IMG/VR virus record: IMGVR_UViG_3300012878_000003
Coordinates: 1 to 27,884 of that record
Reading direction: 5' to 3' (one strand)
DNA length: 27,884 nucleotides
From: a virus
Taxonomy: Duplodnaviria; Caudoviricetes
The position numbers and the translations under genes were made by a program. The first letter of the stretch is position 1. Each line of letters starts with the position of its first letter. Shown piece by piece: positions 23,944-27,884 of this stretch. The notes beneath the pieces are model-generated. The model was not told the DNA's origin. It did not search any database and was given only the letters and a program-made list of their open reading frames with translations.

Positions 23944-26900
23944 GTCAGGCAGTCAAGAAGGTTGCGCAGGTTGCCGTCGGCGCCGCGATTGGCTTCGTCC
24001 AGGGCGGGCCATGGGGTGCGGTGATTGGCGCGGCCATGGCGTTCTACGTCGCCTCGCAGCAGGATCAGCTGAAGACCGATTCGCTGCGTGCCAGCGAACC
24101 CTCCAGCCAGACGCTGCGCTCGTCCAAGGCTTCCGCCCGTTACGTGCTCGGGCGCGTCAGCACCGGCGGGGTTCTCGCCTGGGGCCAGGAACAGGCAGGC
24201 GACCAGTCCGATGGCGAGTGGCTGCACATGGTTTATGTCCTGAGCGAAGGCGCGATCGATGGGGTTGAGGAAATCTACCTCGGCGAAGAGGTCATCCAGT
24301 CGTATGGCGAACACGCCTCATACGAGCTGATTGTTGATCCGTCGCAGGTCAACGCCTTCCTCAAGGCCAATAGCCCCGACTGGCGCGACACCCAGATCGG
24401 CCGTGGCCTGACGTTTGTTCGCTTGTCGTTCAAGTACAGCGCCGAGAAATACCCAGCAGGTATTCCCGATGTTCGCTTTGTGGTGCGTGGGCGACGGGAT
24501 ATCTACGATCCGCGCACCGGATTCACCGGCTACAGCGAAAACAACGCGCTGCACATCCTGTGGTTCCTGCGGCATCGCTGCAGCGTGCCAGATGATGAAA
24601 TCGTGTTCTCGAGCTTTGCCAACAGTGCGAACGTCTGCGACGAGATGGTCGCCAACCCGGACGGCAGCACCTCGCCGCGCTATCGGTCGGGCTGCGTCAT
24701 CGGTGCCGACGAGTCCCGGACCCAGGTCATGCAGAAGCTGCAGGCCGCGTGCGGTGGCAAGCTGATCCGCGTCGGGGGGCGCTGGATGCTTCAGGTTGGC
24801 GCCTACTACGGGCCCTACGACTTTGAAATCACCGAGGATATGGTCACCGGTACCGTGACCGGCAGCACCGAACCGTCCAACGATTCGGCCATCAACACTG
24901 TGCGCGGAACCTTCATCGATCCCTCGCAGGCCTGGTCCGAGACCGATTACCCCGAGGTGTCAGTGGCAGAGTGGGTCGTCGCAGACGGTGGCGAGGCCGC
25001 TGAGACCTTGTCGTTTTCCTACGTCAGCGACCCGTATCAGGCTCAGCGCTTGGCGAATATCGAGCTTCGCCGGCGGCGCGCGGGCGGCACCCTCAGCATC
25101 CCCATGAACTTTGTCGGCTACAACTGCCGGCCAGGCCGGTCGGTGAAGGTCAATCTGCCGTCGCTGAACATTGTCGGCGAGTTCATCGTGACCGACTGGG
25201 CGATGGCGGCTGAGACCGGCTGCAATGTGTCCGTCGCCCAGAACGAGCCGGCGATCTTCGATGACGCCGTGGGTCAGCCATACAACCCGATCGGCTTCAT
25301 CAGCCTGCCAACTGGCGGGCTGGGCAGCCCAACCAACTTGACCTGGTCGACTGATGACGCGGCCGAGGTCGTGCAAGGCGTGTTGTCGTGGACGCCGCCG
25401 GCCGGCACGGTCACCGGTTACGCAGTGACCGTCCGGCAGGGGCTGACAGCCGTGCAGGCCCAGCAGGTCCCCGTCAGCGCCATGCAGCTGCCCATAGCCG
25501 GCTTGGCATCGGGTAACTACACGATGAGTGTCGCTGCCCTGGGCCCGCTTACCCGTTCAGGCGAGGCCAGCATCACGGTCAACATCGATGGCCCGCCGCT
25601 TCCGGAATCGTGCGTCGTGCAGGCCACCATCGACACCATCACGCTGATACCAGGGAACACGCTGCACGGCCTCAACGGTGGAACCTACGAGTTTTTCTTC
25701 TCGACCAACCCGCAGGCAACCCAAGGCGAGTACTTGGGCCAAGGCTTGACGCTGACCCACACCGGGCTGGCGTTCGCCACCAACTACGCCTACTTCGTGC
25801 GCACCAAGAACGCCTATGGCGTCAGCGCCTTCCTGAAGGTAATTGCTTCTACGTCGACGGACGTGGAAAACATGCTCGATGCGCTGAAGGACAAGATCGA
25901 GAGCGGTCAGCTGGCGCCCGCCATGCGCGAAGAGATCGCCCTGATTTCCGGGCCGCCAAGCTTGCCGGGTTCGGTGAACTCGCGGCTGAAGGAGCTCGAC
26001 GCCCAGGTGACGGAGATCACCGACCAGCTCGGTGAGCAGCTCACTCAGGTACAGAGCGACCTACAGGAGCAGATCGACGTCATTGGCGACTTGGCCGAGT
26101 CGATGCCCTACGACCCAGCGAGCGCTTATGCCGTTGGCCAGGCGGTGCTAGGTGCTGACGGCAAGCTGTATCAAGCCAAGCAGGCGGTACCGGCTAACAA
26201 CCCGCCGCCAAACGCGACCTACTGGACCGACATCGGTCAAGCGGTGCAGACGGCGAACGGCCTGGCCGCCCGGGTGACCACTGTCGAGACGAAAGTCACC
26301 GAGCAGGATGACAAGCTGACAGCGCAGTCGACACGGATTGATGGTGTGCAGTCGAGCCTGACGACCACGAACCAGAACGTTACTGCGGCCCAGCAGGCCG
26401 CCGACGCCGCCAACGCGCTGGCCGGCGGCAAAGGCAAGGTGATCATTCAGTCGGCGGTGCCTGCTGCAGCTGATCGACTGGCGCAGAACCTGTGGATCGA
26501 CACGACCGGCAACGCCAATACCCCGAAGCGGTGGAGCGGCTCTGCCTGGGTAGCAGTAACCGACAAAGCCGCCACAGATGCCGCGGCGGCTGCGGCCAAT
26601 GCGTTGTCCGTGGCACAGACCAAAGCTGATGCGTCCGTTGTGGACACCTTGTCCTCGAAGGTCACCCAGCAGGGCGACACCATCACCTCGCAAGGCCAGG
26701 CAATCACCGGTGTACAGAACAGTCTGACCACCACCAATCAGAATGTCAGCGCTGCTCAGCAGGCCGCTGATGCTGCCAATGCTCTGGCAGGTGGAAAAGG
26801 CAAGGTCATCGTGCAATCGGGAGCGCCTGCGGCGGCTGATCGGCTGGCTCAGAACCTCTGGATCGACACGACCAACAATGCCAACACGCCTAAGCGCTGG

Positions 26901-27884
26901 AGCGGCACTGCCTGGGTAGCCGTGACAGACAAGGCTGCCACGGACGCTGCAGCGGCTGCGGCCAATGCATTGTCGGTTGCCCAGACCAAGGCGGATGCAT
27001 CTGTAGTCGACTCGTTGTCTTCCAAGGTTACCCAGCAGGGCGATACGATCACCTCGCAAGGGCAGGCGATCACTGGGGTGCAGAACAGCTTGTCCACCAC
27101 CAACCAGAATGTCACCGCTGCCCAGCAGGCCGCTGATGCGGCAAACGCTTTAGCGGGCGGTAAAGGCAAAGTGATCATCCAGTCGGCAGCGCCGGCTGCA
27201 GTTGATCGCCTGGCGCAGAACCTGTGGATCGATACGACCGGCAATGCCAACACTCCGAAGCGATGGAACGGTTCGGCGTGGGTTGCGGTAACCGACAAGG
27301 CGGCAACCGATGCTGCAGCTGCAGCGGCATCGGCCCTGGCGCTGGCGCAGACCAAGGCGGATGCGTCCGTGGTCGACTCGCTCTCTTCAAAGGTCACCCA
27401 GCAGGGAGACACGATCACCTCGCAGGGCCAGGCGATGACCGGCCTGCAGAACAGCCTGACCACCACCAACCAGAACGTCACGGCCGCGCAGCAGGCGGCG
27501 CAGGATGCTGCAAACCTGGCAGGCGGCAAGGGCAAGGTGATTGTGCAGGCAGCAGCGCCGGCAGTGGCTGACCGCCTGGCGCAGAACTTGTGGATCGACA
27601 CCACAGGGAACGCCAACACGCCCAAGCGCTGGAGCGGCAGTGCCTGGGTGGCCGTGACCGACAAGGTGGCCACAGACGCAGCTGCGGCTGCCGCCAGCGC
27701 GCTGACCCAGGTGGCGACCAAGGCTGACGCCTCGACCGTTTCTGCACTGAGCAACACCGTCACCCAACAGGGTCAGACGATTACCGCCCAGGGCAGCGAC
27801 ATCACCAACATCAAGGCGTCGGTGGGCAATGTCGCGGGCGAAAACCTGCTGCTCGATCCAACCTTCTCCAGTAGTAATGGCGTC
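23940..27884 (+). CDS. Central tail fibre/host specificity protein (gpJ-like), truncated by window
   Basis: Not in ORF track (no stop in window); MSQAVKKVAQVAVGAAIG...; same frame at checked points 26103 and 27843; J-like core, FnIII-like segment (~25330-25590), CBM-like motif, coiled coil and 122-aa repeats. Confidence 0.92.
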   Translation, partial: MSQAVKKVAQVAVGAAIGFVQGGPWGAVIGAAMAFYVASQQDQLKTDSLRASEPSSQTLRSSKASARYVLGRVSTGGVLAWGQEQAGDQSDGEWLHMVYVLSEGAIDGVEEIYLGEEVIQSYGEHASYELIVDPSQVNAFLKANSPDWRDTQIGRGLTFVRLSFKYSAEKYPAGIPDVRFVVRGRRDIYDPRTGFTGYSENNALHILWFLRHRCSVPDDEIVFSSFANSANVCDEMVANPDGSTSPRYRSGCVIGADESRTQVMQKLQAACGGKLIRVGGRWMLQVGAYYGPYDFEITEDMVTGTVTGSTEPSNDSAINTVRGTFIDPSQAWSETDYPEVSVAEWVVADGGEAAETLSFSYVSDPYQAQRLANIELRRRRAGGTLSIPMNFVGYNCRPGRSVKVNLPSLNIVGEFIVTDWAMAAETGCNVSVAQNEPAIFDDAVGQPYNPIGFISLPTGGLGSPTNLTWSTDDAAEVVQGVLSWTPPAGTVTGYAVTVRQGLTAVQAQQVPVSAMQLPIAGLASGNYTMSVAALGPLTRSGEASITVNIDGPPLPESCVVQATIDTITLIPGNTLHGLNGGTYEFFFSTNPQATQGEYLGQGLTLTHTGLAFATNYAYFVRTKNAYGVSAFLKVIASTSTDVENMLDALKDKIESGQLAPAMREEIALISGPPSLPGSVNSRLKELDAQVTEITDQLGEQLTQVQSDLQEQIDVIGDLAESMPYDPASAYAVGQAVLGADGKLYQAKQAVPANNPPPNATYWTDIGQAVQTANGLAARVTTVETKVTEQDDKLTAQSTRIDGVQSSLTTTNQNVTAAQQAADAANALAGGKGKVIIQSAVPAAADRLAQNLWIDTTGNANTPKRWSGSAWVAVTDKAATDAAAAAANALSVAQTKADASVVDTLSSKVTQQGDTITSQGQAITGVQNSLTTTNQNVSAAQQAADAANALAGGKGKVIVQSGAPAAADRLAQNLWIDTTNNANTPKRWSGTAWVAVTDKAATDAAAAAANALSVAQTKADASVVDSLSSKVTQQGDTITSQGQAITGVQNSLSTTNQNVTAAQQAADAANALAGGKGKVIIQSAAPAAVDRLAQNLWIDTTGNANTPKRWNGSAWVAVTDKAATDAAAAAASALALAQTKADASVVDSLSSKVTQQGDTITSQGQAMTGLQNSLTTTNQNVTAAQQAAQDAANLAGGKGKVIVQAAAPAVADRLAQNLWIDTTGNANTPKRWSGSAWVAVTDKVATDAAAAAASALTQVATKADASTVSALSNTVTQQGQTITAQGSDITNIKASVGNVAGENLLLDPTFSSSNGV
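26343..27806 (+). repeat. Four tandem 366-bp (122-aa) repeats in tail fibre gene
   Basis: Units start at 26343, 26709, 27075, 27441; the TGG of LWIDT recurs at 26493, 26859, 27225, 27591. Confidence 0.95.

Larger units (their letters stand above)
1..27884. mobile_element. Lambdoid/HK97-like temperate (pro)phage, partial (early-left, immunity, replication, nin/Q, holin, head and tail modules)
   Basis: Canonical gene order cI/cro-O-loader-nin-Q-holin-HNH-terS-terL-portal-protease-capsid-connectors-tail tube-chaperone-tape measure-tail tip; both window ends truncate phage genes. Confidence 0.97.

Noticed and set aside
26343-27806. Diversity-generating retroelement TR/VR pair or CRISPR-like array
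   Set aside because: Repeats are in-frame coding units, differences are mostly synonymous and not adenine-specific, no spacers, and no reverse transcriptase or cas gene in the window.

Overview
The whole window is the central part of a lambdoid/HK97-like temperate siphophage, most likely a Pseudomonas prophage (inferred from high GC and gene repertoire). Both ends cut through genes, and no att site, tRNA or CRISPR array is visible. From left to right: a leftward early operon (hypotheticals, an RMF-like protein, SSB, a LuxR-type HTH protein) driven by a near-consensus PL with a boxA and a ~320-nt highly structured leader; a LexA-box-controlled DUF1654-like gene; a cI/cro switch with five 16-bp operators; an OOP-like antisense unit but no full cII; O-like initiator with iterons and a DnaC-like loader; a nin-like region (DUF1364-like, VRR-NUC, an intact P4-like tyrosine recombinase, a Zn-finger protein); Q, PR' and tR'; a low-GC moron; a dual-start holin; HNH; a putative cos region; HK97-type head genes; tail genes with a -1 frameshift chaperone; a lipoprotein moron; tape measure; tail-tip genes; and a long central tail fibre gene (23940 to the window end, absent from the ORF track) with four 366-bp repeats. 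The most interesting leads are the regulatory architecture (structured PL leader with no clear N, OOP without cII, Leu-Gly repressor beside an SOS-controlled gene), the recombinase embedded in the lytic operon, the two morons, and the modular fibre. All family assignments come from motif recognition by eye, not database searches.
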